From contig OZ024746.1 in NCBI GenBank assembly GCA_964016885.1, forward strand, positions 96,472,001-96,536,000: DNA of 64,000 nucleotides, read 5' to 3'. The DNA is from Eledone cirrhosa. Its lineage: Eukaryota. Both the position numbers and the translations under genes were made by a program. The notes under the pieces are model-generated. The model was given only the letters and a program-made list of their open reading frames with translations, was not told the origin of the DNA and searched no databases. Of this stretch, positions 30,950 to 43,222 are shown piece after piece (positions within the stretch are counted from its first letter, which is position 1; each line of letters opens with the position of its first letter).

Positions 30950-32854
30950 ATGTTAAACGCAGCGAACGAAAATAGTGGTGGGGGGACAGCGGTAAGAGTT
31001 GTAAGCTCGCACGCTTTAGTCCCCCCTTCCTTCCCAACTAACGTCATAGAGAAGGAAGGAAAAATTAAAATAAAAACAGACGAATCTGCGGAAAAAAAAA
31101 ATGACGAAAACACAAATCTGGACATGGATTCCAACAACGAAAAAAAAAAATTTGAAAAATTGCATGACAATACTAATAACACAAACAAAGACACAACAAA
31201 CACAAAAATAACATTTGAAAATAACACCATAACAGAAAGCAAAGCAGACGACAAGATTTCATTTGCACAGAAAACAAAGAAATCTTTGACTTATATAGCG
31301 GAAAATATTTCAGTTGTGGCACGAAGGATCACAGACGCCAAACAATACATAAGTGAAGGAGAGAATGGTATTCTATCGGTAAAAATGCCTCAAGAATTCA
31401 CCAAAGACATTGAAAGCCGAACGGTCAAGTTTCGGACCATCAACAACAGTACAAAAAAACCTGAACAGCCTTCTCAAGCAGATATCAAAACAGTACTCAC
31501 AGAAGTACTTAATGAAACCACTTTCATAAGAAAAGACAGACTGTATGGAAGCCTAGCAATTATCATGAAGAACGAATCGGCGGCAAAAAAATGTGCTTTG
31601 TCACCGATTCGTTCGAAAAATTTTACCTTTTATCCATCTTATATGGGTAAAAGAACTCAACGCATATGGCTGGATGCAATGATGCCAGATGTGGACTACT
31701 GCTGGCTCATAGCTGGCTTCATCGATCCAGTGAATGACAACGTGATTTCCATTGGGAAAACCACAGGCAATGCGTTCAGTGGAACAGGTATAGAGCTGGT
31801 AGTGCAAATGAAGCCTGAACGCATCGCCCAAATACCCGACAGAATCCTATTAGAGGACCACGGGTATATAAACATTAGCGTGGAGGGGAGAAGGCCGTCC
31901 TGCCATATCTGTGCAGGCAGAGGGCACCTGAAGGCCGCTTGTCCCCAACTCAACAAAAAGAAAACCCTGCTACCAACACCAGCTCCACCACCACCACCAC
32001 CACCACAACAGATAAACAAACAACAAAACTCAGTCCCACCCAACCCGTCCCTCAGTAAAACCACACCACCACCACAACACAAACAGTCACAACACATTAC
32101 CCCAAAACAAAATAGAGGCCCACCCAACCTCTCACTCAATAAAACAACACAACCACCGCAGACACAACACACAACACAGTCTAACATAGTGACATCCATC
32201 TCCCCCACAAAGAAAACCAACACGGAAACATTACCAGCAAACATACCTCTTCCCTCCAACACTGAAGATAACCCAACGAATTCGGAGGAAGAAACGGAGT
32301 CCTTCAGACAGATTAAAAGGAAAAAAAGAAAACATGTGCAAAACACACAAGGCCAAACAACCCCCACCCAAATCTCAACACAATCCAACAAAACAGAAAA
32401 CACCCCTCCAGCAACAAACAAAACAAAACCTGCCCCTCCCCTCTTCGAAACACTCACACCATCCGAAAAAAAGACATTACACTATACTTACATCAACAGA
32501 AACAATAATAAATTAAATGAACTCATATACAATAATCCTTCGGTACAAACCGAAGGTGTAAACTTTGTTTCGTCAGAAAACTACCAACATTTAAAATTAA
32601 TAAAGATCCCAATGAACCTCTACCAAAAACTAAAAAAGGATTTTAAGGAGGACGTAGGACCACCCTCTGTCAAACCCATAAACCGCGTCCTACTAAAAAG
32701 CTTTCCCCCTCCCCTTCCCCTCCCCAACACAACTCCAAACACCCCAACCCCACCACACACTGACAACCCCACACCACCACAAGACACCCCTTCACCCAAC
32801 ACCCCCGACCCCATGGAAGTCGTGCAACCCGAACCCCGGGAAGCGGAAAGGTAG
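30950..32854 (+). CDS. LINE ORF1 gag-like protein (634 aa)
   Basis: Intact ORF; ISVEGRRPS-CHICAGRGHLKAAC CCHC knuckle; Pro/Thr/Gln-rich C-terminal half. Confidence 0.88.
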   Translation: MLNAANENSGGGTAVRVVSSHALVPPSFPTNVIEKEGKIKIKTDESAEKKNDENTNLDMDSNNEKKKFEKLHDNTNNTNKDTTNTKITFENNTITESKADDKISFAQKTKKSLTYIAENISVVARRITDAKQYISEGENGILSVKMPQEFTKDIESRTVKFRTINNSTKKPEQPSQADIKTVLTEVLNETTFIRKDRLYGSLAIIMKNESAAKKCALSPIRSKNFTFYPSYMGKRTQRIWLDAMMPDVDYCWLIAGFIDPVNDNVISIGKTTGNAFSGTGIELVVQMKPERIAQIPDRILLEDHGYINISVEGRRPSCHICAGRGHLKAACPQLNKKKTLLPTPAPPPPPPPQQINKQQNSVPPNPSLSKTTPPPQHKQSQHITPKQNRGPPNLSLNKTTQPPQTQHTTQSNIVTSISPTKKTNTETLPANIPLPSNTEDNPTNSEEETESFRQIKRKKRKHVQNTQGQTTPTQISTQSNKTENTPPATNKTKPAPPLFETLTPSEKKTLHYTYINRNNNKLNELIYNNPSVQTEGVNFVSSENYQHLKLIKIPMNLYQKLKKDFKEDVGPPSVKPINRVLLKSFPPPLPLPNTTPNTPTPPHTDNPTPPQDTPSPNTPDPMEVVQPEPREAER

Positions 32855-32887
32855 GTCTCTACACTCTCCTTTGGCTCTGCCGCCCAC

Positions 32888-35800
32888 ATGGATGTGTTAA
32901 GAGTAGGATGTTTGAATACACGTGGCCTGGGCTCAACTTGGAAGCAAGCAAAGCTTCTAAATGACCTCAGGTCATGTAGTATAAATGTAATGGTTATCTG
33001 TGAGACTCGAATCAGCGTCGTGCGGCAGCTGGCCCCCACCTTCGATGACTTTGAGGTGCATGCATCTCTCTGTCAACCTGGAGGTGGGGGTGGGGTTGTC
33101 GTACTGCTGCAAAAACACCTGGGTCTTGCTGTACAGGTTGTGCACTCGGACCCGGAGGGTCGTTTGTTGGTGATAGACGTTGGCAGTAGTGAAAGTGCGG
33201 CCTTGAGACTGGTCGCCGTCTACTCCCCTTTCGGAGCTGAACGGCCCGACTTCTTCCAGCGTTTGGAGACTTTTCTGGGAACGTCGCGTTCCCTGCTTCT
33301 ATCGGGGGATTGGAATGACATCCTAGATGCACGTTGGGACTATGCAGGAGCATGTCCTAATAGAGGGGGTGTAACAGCCTCAAGGGGTTACTCGACCGTT
33401 TTAACTTGGTCGATAAATATCGACTAGATTTTCCAACTGTGCCTACCTGGACTTGGAGAAACCACAGTGGTCAATCTAGATCGTACTTAGATAGATTCTT
33501 AGTTAGAAGTAAGGATAGGGACATATTAAGCTGTCCAGAAATGCGCACGGTTGGCTACCCGGATCACAAATTAGTGACCTGCGTGGTCAATCTCGAGAAA
33601 ACACATAGACAGGGTCCCGGTTACTGGAAACTTAATTTGTCTTTACCGGCAAAAGAGACTTACAGAAACCGGATTAGCAGATTAGTTAAGGAGAGGTTGA
33701 CGGGTGCAATCGTCAACAACCGATGGTGGGCATCTCTCAAAAGAGAGATTAGAACAGAATCAATAAGTTATAGCAAGATGTTAGCTGCCGATAGGAATAG
33801 AAACGAGAAAGAATTAACAGGTAAATTAGAAGAGGCAATCAAGAGCGAAGATGTGGCCAGAGTGCTGGCATCGAGGACGGCCTTGAACCAGTTTTTCGAT
33901 GCAAAGCACGAAGGCTGCGTCATTCGAAGTAAAATACGTGCTCTAGGTAATGAGGGGGCCAAAGCCGTTGGATAGGCCCGCGTGACAGAAGCTAAGAGTG
34001 GAAATCGATCCACCATCCGGTCGTTGCAAGACGAAGATGGACGGGTGATCCGGGAGCCTAAGCAGATGTGCGAGGCCTTTCAAAGGCACTTTGCCCGATT
34101 GTTCGGGGGAGCCGAGGGTCCGGGCCGGGGCGTGGATTTCGGTCCATACCTCGACGGCCTGCCGCGTCTCTCGAACGAAGAGGCAGAGTCCTGCGAGGGA
34201 CCAATCTCGGCTGATGAGATCGGAGATGCGCTGAGCCAATGCAGCAGACGCAAATCTCCAGGTCTCGATGGTATACCTTACGAACTTTATTTAGCAATGC
34301 CGGTCTTCTTCTCCGAACTCCTCGAAGCGGTCTACTGCAATTGGCAGCAGAACGGGAGAATTCCTTGTTCTGTAGCCAAGGGCGTAGTCACGCTGGTGAG
34401 GAAGGACGAGAACAAGGGGGATAGTATAAATAATTTTCGGCCCATAACCCTGCTAAACACAGAGTTAAAGATTTTGGCCAAGGTGTTAGCAAAGAGGTTG
34501 GCGCTTGTCGTGGGTGGCCTGGTGGGAGATGCGCAGACATGTGCTATCCCATCCAGGTCCATTCACGATAACCTCCACCTCATGCGATACATCATAGAGA
34601 GGGTTGGCAACAAACCCGGCTTCGGTGGGGCCCTGATCAACTTGGATCAGTCTAAGGCCTTCGATAGGGTCGACCATGGTTACCTGGATGCGGTGCTAGC
34701 GGCGGCTGGGTTCAGTCCTGTTTTCAGAGGCTGGATAACTGCCTTACATAGCAACCACATCTGTTCTAGGATCAAGGTGAACGGCTACCTTTCGAAGCCG
34801 TTCGAAATCACACGATCCATTCGACAGGGGTGCCCTCTCTCCTCCCTTCTGTACGTATTGACTCTCGAGCCTTTACTGAGGAAGTTGGAGTTGTTGCAGG
34901 GTATTCCCCTGGAACCAGGATTGAGCAAAGCGGTGTCGGCCTACGCCGATGACGTAACAGTAATGGTATCGACCGACTCGGAGATCGAGGCGATCGGTAC
35001 CTTACTGGAGGAGTACGAAAGGTTGTCAGGAGCGAAACTGAACCGGGAAAAATCCATCGGGCTACAACTCGGAACGTGGAGAGGCAGACCGATGCCTCCT
35101 GACGGTGTCGTCGGACACTGGACGGAGGGCCCGGTAAAGTTGCTTGGGGTCTGGTTTGGACCGGACCTCCAGGTGGAAAAGAACTGGAACGAGGTTACGA
35201 ACAAGGTGTTTGCACTAACCCAGAAATGGGCCAAGTGTAAGCTGTCCCTAAAAGGCCGGGCGGAGGTGGCGAACATTTACATAGCGTCCGTCACTTACTA
35301 CCGCCTGACTGTCGTGCCTTGCCCTAAGGAAACACTCACCACCATGGAACGCATGCTCTTCCAATTTCTTTGGAAGAAGCGCCCTCCTATGGTGAGAAGA
35401 TCCATCTGCTGCCAACAACCTTCGAAAGGAGGGCTGGGGATGCCGTGGTTGATGATGCGTAGGCACGCATTAAGGCTACGGCACCTACAGGTATTCCTCA
35501 CTGGTCAACCGGTGTGGGCTCCGTTCGTGAAACGATCCTTTCCGAGACTCGTCTCGCTCACCGAGCTACAGTCCTGGGTCAAGCAAAGATCCGGAAAACT
35601 GGGAGACTGGCACACTGAGTGTGCTCAGGCGCTCAGGGCTCTCTGGCAAGCGGGCCGGGCCATCGGTGGAGAATCCACCTCATCATTCTATAGAGGGCTG
35701 GTGGCTAGCAGGGGCGATGACACCCTTGGAGAGTCGCTGGACATGGAAGAAGACGAACTGGCCAGCCTGTTCGGTAGGACTTTCGGCCCAGGACCAATGG

Positions 35801-36324
35801 ACAACTTCCAGAAGTCACTGGCCTGGCAGTGCTACCGGGGGGCTCTACCCGTTCGAGAGAGGCTCTACAGACACGGGCGCCCGGGCAGGGATCCCTCAAA
35901 AAAGATTTGCCCTAGATGCGTGCGTCACGAAGAAACCGTAGCGCACGCATTGGTGCAATGTCCGGGCGTGGCTGATCTGTGGGGCTACGCCGAACGACTG
36001 CTGTCGCGGGTGGCGCCGATTAAATTGACCGCCGAGTCCGTGATGACAATCAAACCGCCTCCCCTCTTCACAAAGGAAGCAAAGGCGGTTTTTCTGTGCG
36101 TAATAGCCATGTTGAAAGAGGTTGTTTGGTGGACACGATTGAAAGGTCTGAGGTCAGGCAACTTCCTCTCTGGCCATAGTCTGGTCTACTTCTTCCGATA
36201 TCACTTCGGAAGAAGGATAAGAATGGAGAGAGAGGTGCTTGGCCACAGGCAGTTTTATGAAAGGTGGGTGATAGTGGCGAGAATGGCTCGTGTAAATGGG
36301 CCTTCTCTGTATACCATCCTGTAG
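32888..36324 (+). pseudogene. LINE ORF2 (AP endonuclease + RT + Cys/His motif), two visible lesions
   Basis: CLNTRGL, ICETR, EGRLL, VAVYSP, GDWN, SYLDRF, PDHK, GPGYWKLN, KSPGLDG, FRPITLLN, LDQSKAFDRV, QGCPLS, YADD; frameshift at G-run 33365-33369 and TAG at 33973-33975. Confidence 0.93.
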
Positions 36325-36551
36325 GTAAAGAAGTAAAGGAGAGGGGAGCACCTTCTCCATGTGCTCCCCGGGCAAAGGATTGCACACTTTTTCGGGGGTG
36401 TGTGCAACCCCCATCACGTCCTCTCCCTTTTGAGGTTATTTTCGATTATTTTCATGTTACACCCTTTTTACTCGATTATATGTAAACTCCCCCTTTGTAT
36501 TTGTCCCTTCTTTTTATGCCTTTATGGTAAATAAAGAAATCTATCTATCTA

Positions 36552-37484
36552 CACCTCGAGTGCCTTCAGGCGCTCACAGCCCTCTACCAAGCGGAGACTC
36601 CACTTCGACATTCTATAGGGAATTAGTGGAGGATAAGTGCAACAACGTTCTCAGGGAAACTCTAGGCATCGAGGAAGACGAAGTGACCAGTCTGTTCGGG
36701 AGGACTTTCCGTCCAGGGCCTATGGATGACTTCCAGAGGTCTCTGGCCTGGCAGTGCTACCGAAGAGCTCTACCAGTTCGAGATAAAATCTACAGGCATG
36801 GACGCACTAGCAGAGATCCTGCCAAAAGGACCTGTCCAAGATGCGAGCAGGACATCGAAACCTTCTGCACGCAATTGTTCAGTGCCCAGGGGTGACCAAA
36901 CTGTGGAATTATGTCGAACAGCTACTGTCATGTGTGGGACGCATCAAGTTGTCAGCCAAGTCCATCGTGAGGATCACCCCGCCGCCTTCATTTAAGAATG
37001 TCTGGTGACTATGGCAAAAGAGGTAATATGGTGGACGAGGTTGAAAGGACTGAGGGCAAACACCTTTCTCTCCGGACAACAACTCATCCCCTTCTTTAAG
37101 TACCACTTCAGAAGGAAGGTGAGAGTGGAGAGAGAGGTGCTACACCCCCAGTAAATTCGATGAAAGGTGGGTGAATGTGGCGAAAATGGCCCGCGTGAAT
37201 GGGCCTTCTCTGTATATAAAGCTGTAGGTTGAGAAAGATAAACAGAGGGAAGACGGGAACACCTACAAAACGTGTTCCTGGTGTTGAGGGTTGTTCTATC
37301 CACGGGGTGTAAAACAACCCCGCAGTAGCGTTACCCACCCCCACCGCCGCCCCATGGGGATTTCAATTGTTTTATTTTTATATAGTTTATTGTTATTTAT
37401 CATTGTTAAAGATTTTATGTAAACCCTCGCCGTCACGTCTTGTAATGTCCCATTATTGTACAACCCTGTGGCAAATAAAGAAAG
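36552..37484 (+). mobile_element. L1/Tx1-type LINE, 5'-truncated diverged copy C
   Basis: GDSTSTFYRELV..LFGRTFRPGPMDDFQRSLAWQCYRRALPVRD..CPRC with frameshifts; ends AATAAAGAAAG then (TATC)n. Confidence 0.9.
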
Positions 37485-37632
37485 ATATCTATCTATCTAC
37501 CTCTCTCTCTCTCTATCTACCTCTCTCTCTCTCTACCTATCTATCTAGCTAGCTACCTATCTATCTAACTACATATCTATCTAACTACCTATCTACCTAT
37601 CTATCTATGAATACCAATAAATGTATCTATCT
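37485..37632. repeat. degenerate (TATC)n microsatellite
   Basis: Same repeat also at 28708-28826, 30658-30725 and 36540-36551. Confidence 0.9.
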
Positions 37633-37794
37633 CAGACAACAACAACAATTAAAATAATTGTTTCTACTTTAGGCACAAGGCCAGCAATTATCCCAGTGCA
37701 TTACTGGTACTTTATTTTATCCCGTAAAGATGAAAGGCAAAGTTAAAATAATAAAGCAGAAATCCAAATGGAATTCCAGGGAGAGACAGATAGA

Positions 37795-37858
37795 TAGCAG
37801 CAGTAGTAGCAGTAGCAGCAATATTGTAGTAGTAGTAGTAGGAAAGGTGGTGGTAGTG

Positions 37859-37894
<36 letters not shown>

Positions 37895-38417
37895 TGTAAT
37901 AGTAGTAGTAGTAGTATGTAATAGTAATAGTAGTTGTAGTAGTAGTAGTAGTATGTAATAGTAGTAGTAGTAGTTGTAGTAGTAGTAGTAGTATGTAATA
38001 GTAGTAGTTGTAGTAGTAGTAGTAGTAGTATGTAATAGTAGTAGTAGTTGTAGTAGTAGTAGTAGTAGTATGTAATAGTAGTAGTAGTAGTTGTAGTAGT
38101 AGTAGTAGTAGTATGTAGTAGTAGTAGTAGTAGTAGTAGTATGTAATAGTAGTAGTAGTAGTTGTAGTAGTAGTAGTAGTAGTATGTAATAGTAGTAGTA
38201 GTAGTTGTAGTAGTAGTAGTAGTATGTAATAGTAGTAGTAGTAGTTGTAGTAGTAGTAGTAGTAGTATGTAATAATAGTAGTAGTTGTAGTAGTAGTATG
38301 TAATAGTAGTAGTAGTTGTAGTAGTAGTAGTAGTATGGAGTAGTTGTAGTAGTAGTAGTAGTAGTATGGAGTAGTAGTAGTAGTATGTAATAGTAGTAGC
38401 AGTAGTAGTAGTAGTAA

Positions 38418-38463
<46 letters not shown>

Positions 38464-38530
38464 GGTAGTAGTAGTAGTGGTGGTAGTAGTAGTGGTGGTA
38501 GTAATAGTAGTGGTAGTAGTAGTAGTGGTG

Positions 38531-38562
<32 letters not shown>

Positions 38563-38853
38563 GGTGGTAGTAGTAGTGGTGGTAGTAATAGTAGTGGTAG
38601 TAGTAGTAGTGGTGGTAGTAATAGTAGTGGTAGTAATAGTAGTGGTAGTAGTAGTAGTGGTGGTAGTAATAGTAGTGGTAGTAGTAGTAGTAGTTGTAGT
38701 AGCAGAAGCAATAGTAGTAACAGTAGTAGTAGTGGTGGTGGTAGTAGTGGTAATAGTAGTAGTAGTAGCAGTGGTGGTAGTGGTGGTGGTGGTAGTAGTA
38801 GTGGTGGTAGTAGTGGTGGTAGTAGTGGTAGTAGTAGTAGTAATAGTAGTAGT
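37795..38853. repeat. (TAG)n / (TGG)n trinucleotide array
   Basis: Direct reading, with periodic TATGTAATAG and TTG interruptions. Confidence 0.97.
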
Positions 38854-39119
38854 AAAGCTGTTTTGTGTTATGGCTTCAGTTCCAGGAGAAAAGAGGAAAG
38901 ATGTGTGTGTGTATGTGTGTGTGTATGGGTGTGTGTATGGATGTGTGTATGGGTGTGTGTGTATGGGTATATATGTATGTATGTGTATGTGAATGTATGT
39001 GTATGTATGTGTATATGTGTATGTGTGTATATATATGTATATATGTGTATATATATGTGTAGACTAGTATATTGATTCTCTGTATTAGCACAAGGCCACA
39101 CATTTGTTGGCGAGACATA

Positions 39120-39136
39120 GATGATGGTGGTGATGG

Positions 39137-39194
<58 letters not shown>

Positions 39195-39372
39195 GGTGGT
39201 GGTGGTGGTGGTGGTGATGGTGGTGGTGGTGATGGTGGTGATGATGATGGTGGTGGTGGTGGTGGTGATGATGATGGTGGTGGTGGTGATGGTGGTGATG
39301 GTGGTGGTGGTGGTGGTGGTAGTGATGGTGGTGATGATGATGGTGGTGATGGTGATGGTGGTGGTGATGATA
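39120..39372. repeat. (GAT)n/(GGT)n trinucleotide array
   Basis: Direct reading. Confidence 0.95.
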
Positions 39373-39415
39373 ATATTATATAGATGATATAGACCAAATC
39401 GATTGACATTATTTT

Positions 39416-39600
39416 AGATTGGCAGTATCGGTAGAGGGTCGGACACCATGCTTTGACGCACAGAGTTACGGCCCTTACCATTCTGAGTTCAAATCCCGCC
39501 GAGGTTAACTTTGCCTTTCATCCTTACGGGGTCGATAAAATAAAGTACCAGTAATACACTGGATTAATTGCTGGTCTTGTGCCAAAAGTAGAAACAATTA
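39416..39600 (+). mobile_element. tRNA-derived SINE family A
   Basis: GATTGGCAGTATCGGTAGAG..GAGTTCAAATCCCGCCGAGGTTAACTTTGCCTTTCATCC..AAAGTACCAG..AAGTAGAAACAATTA. Confidence 0.85.
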
Positions 39601-39815
39601 TTTTAACCAGCACAAAGTAATGAAGACCACAATGACTTCTCTTTCTGAATCTCAACATAGAAGAACATAATAAAACTAATGGACTTCAATAATGATGACA
39701 ATATCGTTAAACATATCGGTGGACCATTGGACAACATGCTTCGTGGCATACGGTTATGGCCCTTTGCGATCTGAGGTTAGCTTTGTCTTTCATCTTTGAG
39801 TTCATTGAATTAGTC

Positions 39816-40790
39816 CACACTGTCAAGTGGTTGTGTAGGTGTCATGACAAAAAGCACCCAGCCCACACTGTAAAGCAGTTGAGTAGGTGTCATGATAAAA
39901 AGCAGCCAGTCCACACTGTAAAGCAGTTGAGTAGGTGTCATGATAAAAAGCACCCAGTCCACACTGTAAAGCAGTTGAGTAGGTGTCATGATAAAAAGCA
40001 CCCAGCCCACACTGTAAAGCAGTTGAGTAGGTGTCATGATAAAAAGCACCCAGCCCACACTGTAAAGCAGTTGAGTAGGCATCATGACAAAAAGCACCCA
40101 GCCCACACTGTAAAGCAGTTGAGTAGGTGTCATGATAAAAAGCACCCAGTCCACACTGTAAAGCAGTTGAGTAGGTGTCATGATAAAAGGCACCCAGCCC
40201 ACACTGTAAAGCAGTTGAGTAGGTGTCATGATAAAAAGCACCCAGTCCACACTGTAAAGCAGTTGTATAGGTGTCATGATAAAAAGCACCCAGCCCACAC
40301 TGTAAAGCAGTTGAGTAGGTGTCATGATAAAAAGCACCCAGTCCACACTGTAAAGCAGTTGTGTAGGTGTCATGATAAAAAGCACCCAGCCCACACTGTA
40401 AAATGGTTGAGTAGGTGTCATGATAAAAAGCACCCAGCCCACACTGTAAAGCAGTTGTGTAGAAGTCATGACAAAAAGCACCCAGCCCACACTGTAAAAT
40501 GGTTGTGTAGGAGTCATGATAAAAAGCACCCAGCCCACACTGTAAAGCAGTTGTGTAGAAGTCATGACAAAAAGCACCCAGCCCACACTGTAAAGCAGTT
40601 GTGTAGGAGTCATGACAAAAAGCACCCAGCCCACTCTGTAAAGTGGTCGTGTAAATGTCATGACAAAAAGCTCCCAGCCCATACTGTAAAAAGGTTATGT
40701 AGGTGTCATGACAAAAATCACCCAGCCCACACTGTAAAGTGGTTGTGTAGGTGTCACATCAAAAATCACCCAGTACTCATTGTAAATGAG
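39816..40790. repeat. 48-bp minisatellite, ~20 copies, running into a SINE/RTE-type tail
   Basis: Unit CACACTGTAAAGCAGTTGAGTAGGTGTCATGATAAAAAGCACCCAGYC; continues into TTGGCATTAGGAAGAGTATCCAGCC..ACCCATGCCAGCATGGAAA..(GAT)n to ~40950. Confidence 0.95.
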
Positions 40791-41520
40791 ATTGGCATTA
40801 GGAAGAGTATCCAGCCATAGAAACCAAGCCAAAAATCAGTTCTGTATGAGCATGACTTGGTCACCTGACCTAGCATTGTTCACAACAGAATAACTTGTCT
40901 AACCCATGCCAGCATGGAAAAATGGACATTAAATGGTGATGATGATGATGAATCTTTGATGGCAGGGAAGACTGATTGAATACATTCTATTGTGGCACCA
41001 AGACTAGAGAATTTATGTTGTTGGCATGGCTAAAGCCTCATTCTGGTCCTTCGTTTGCTAAGTTTTCTACTGCTGGATGCTCTTCCTATTACCAACCACT
41101 TTACAGAGTGAAGAGGGTACATTAATCATGTAGATCACCAACGCCAGTGGGGTTGCTACGTCTATAACACAACTGAAGAGTTCTCCCAAACCTTTATTTG
41201 GCAAGCTTTCTACTGCTGGATGTTCTTCCTATCACCAACCAGTCTGCAATATGTTCTGGATGTGTTTATTATGTAGAGCACCAACACTAGAGATGTAGAC
41301 AGAGAATTATAAAATATCTATAAACTCCTGAATTAGGAGTTATACTCTATCAAAATTCCTACAACTCTAAGGACACTGATATAGATTTCTTGTGTTAGGA
41401 TATAATATTCTGACAATATCTCATCCCTTATGGTTAGAAAGTAATATATCATTTTCCTGTGTCTTTGGTAAATTCCTTTTCTTCACAAACTTTGTTCATT
41501 TTCCTAAGAGAAACATATCT

Positions 41521-41726
41521 TTAACTTTTTATTATTTACATTACTCTATATTTACTATTATATTTTCGCAGTAAAGGCTTTACATCACATAATATCAAAT
41601 CTATGAGATTTTGATATTATTTATTTTGAGAATAATACCTTAACATAAGTATGAGTGGCCAGTTTGAATAGAAAGAGGTGAGAGAATTCTGGCCGAATAC
41701 AGCCGGTTTAAATGCTAAAGGGTTAA
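41521..41726. mobile_element. piggyBac-like MITE copy
   Basis: Ends TAAATGCTAAAGGG-TTAA; left end degenerate TTAA-CTTTTT. Confidence 0.75.
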
Positions 41727-41889
41727 TCTCTTATTTCTTGATTTAATACTACCATCCAAACTATACTGTAACAAATTCTATTTCAGTTTATTGATTTGGA
41801 TTCAATACATTGTGTGAAAATATCAAGAAACATTATTATCATCATCGTATGCCCTCTTTGGTCATAATTGACCATGGGTTTTGTACCTG

Positions 41890-42106
41890 GGAAATTCCCC
41901 TCTGAGGCTGAAGCCTGAGCAAAATGTGTTTATGGAAGACCAGCAGTCACCCATGCATGCCAGCCTCCCCTCTTCATTCCACCAATGTTGTCCAAAGGAA
42001 AGTTCTCCTCTGAGGCACAAGCTTGGGCAAGATGTGTTTGTGGAAGACCAGCAGTCACCCATGCATGCCAGCCTCCCCTCTTCATTCCACCAATGTTGTC
42101 CAAGGG
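41890..42106. repeat. 108-bp tandem duplication within a SINE-like repeat
   Basis: GGAAGACCAGCAGTCACCCATGCATGCCAGCCTCCCCTCTTCATTCCACCAATGTTGTCCAA at 41934 and 42042. Confidence 0.85.
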
Positions 42107-42830
42107 AAAAGCAAAGGCTGATACAGCTTACCACCAACAGCTGAGTAAACTGGAGCCATGTGAAATAAAGTATCTTGCTCAAAGACACAACACATCACCT
42201 GGTCAAGGATTTGAACTTACAACCTTTCAATTGTGAGCTCATCATTATATAAATTGATTAATTTGCTCTTTTGTTACCATATTCCTAGTGTAATACACTG
42301 CTTATGATATATATATATATTTCATATTTCTATAATTAATTCAGCTGGCAATCAATGTTTATCATTGATTGACCAACAGTTAAAAATGTAGATATAAATA
42401 TAGTTTCTCAGAGAACTTTCATCACACAACTGTGACATCATCAGTGATGTCATTATGTTTCCTCCCGTTGTATTATTGTAATCTACTTTTCATTGTTTGC
42501 TATCAACTGAAAAACCATAGAAAGACCTATATAAACTGTATGAAAACTTAATTTCTTTACTCTTATCATTTGGAGAGATGCTATGCTGAGAAGGACCCAT
42601 CCAGCCCATGCAAGCAAGGAAAAACAGACGTAAAAACAATGATGATGACAATTTAGTGTCCGTTTTCCCTACTAGCAAGGGTTCTTGCAATGATTTAGCA
42701 GAAAATAACTAAAACCTGGGTAATTCACAAGTTTGTAGTAGTGGACAGATCGTTGTGAAAATTGACAGTAAACTAAAGTAGACTTTAACTGTTAATGTGA
42801 TGCAGCCATATGACTTACAAGAATTTCTTA

Positions 42831-43046
42831 TTAACCCTTTATCATTCACATTATTCTATATTTACTATTGTATTTTCATGATAAAGTCTTTATCTCACAT
42901 AATATATAATCTACAAGATTTTGATATTATTTATTTTGAGAACTATACCTTAACATAAGTATGAGCAGCTGGTTATGGCCGGTTTGAACAGAAGTAGGTG
43001 AGAGAATTCTGGCCGGATATGGCCGGTTTAAATGCTAAAAAGTTAA
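42831..43046. mobile_element. piggyBac-like MITE copy
   Basis: TTAA-CCCTTTATCATT...AATGCTAAAAAG-TTAA. Confidence 0.8.
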
Positions 43047-43222
43047 CTCTTAAATTTTGTATACCTAGCCCAATGCCCCACTGGGTGTTGCCCAATATCT
43101 GGTGGGGCAATTTGCCTCTGGATTCAGCCAATCAGCATCTGACAATAAACAACATAGTCGTGAATACATTGTTACACTCACCAGTCTAATAATTTAGTAG
43201 AAAATATCTAAAAACAGGTTTG

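Larger units (their letters stand above)
30726..36539 (+). mobile_element. L1/Tx1-type LINE, near full-length copy B (~5.8 kb)
   Basis: 5' UTR, ORF1 with zinc knuckle, ORF2 APE-RT-Cys motif, 3' UTR ending AATAAAGAAA then (CTAT)n. Confidence 0.95.

Noticed and set aside
31696-32457. 253-aa antisense ORF over ORF1
   Set aside because: Shadow of an A/C-rich sense ORF; no recognisable motifs.
37743-39481. Poly-Leu/Tyr/Val/Gly/Asp ORFs
   Set aside because: Trinucleotide microsatellite artefacts.
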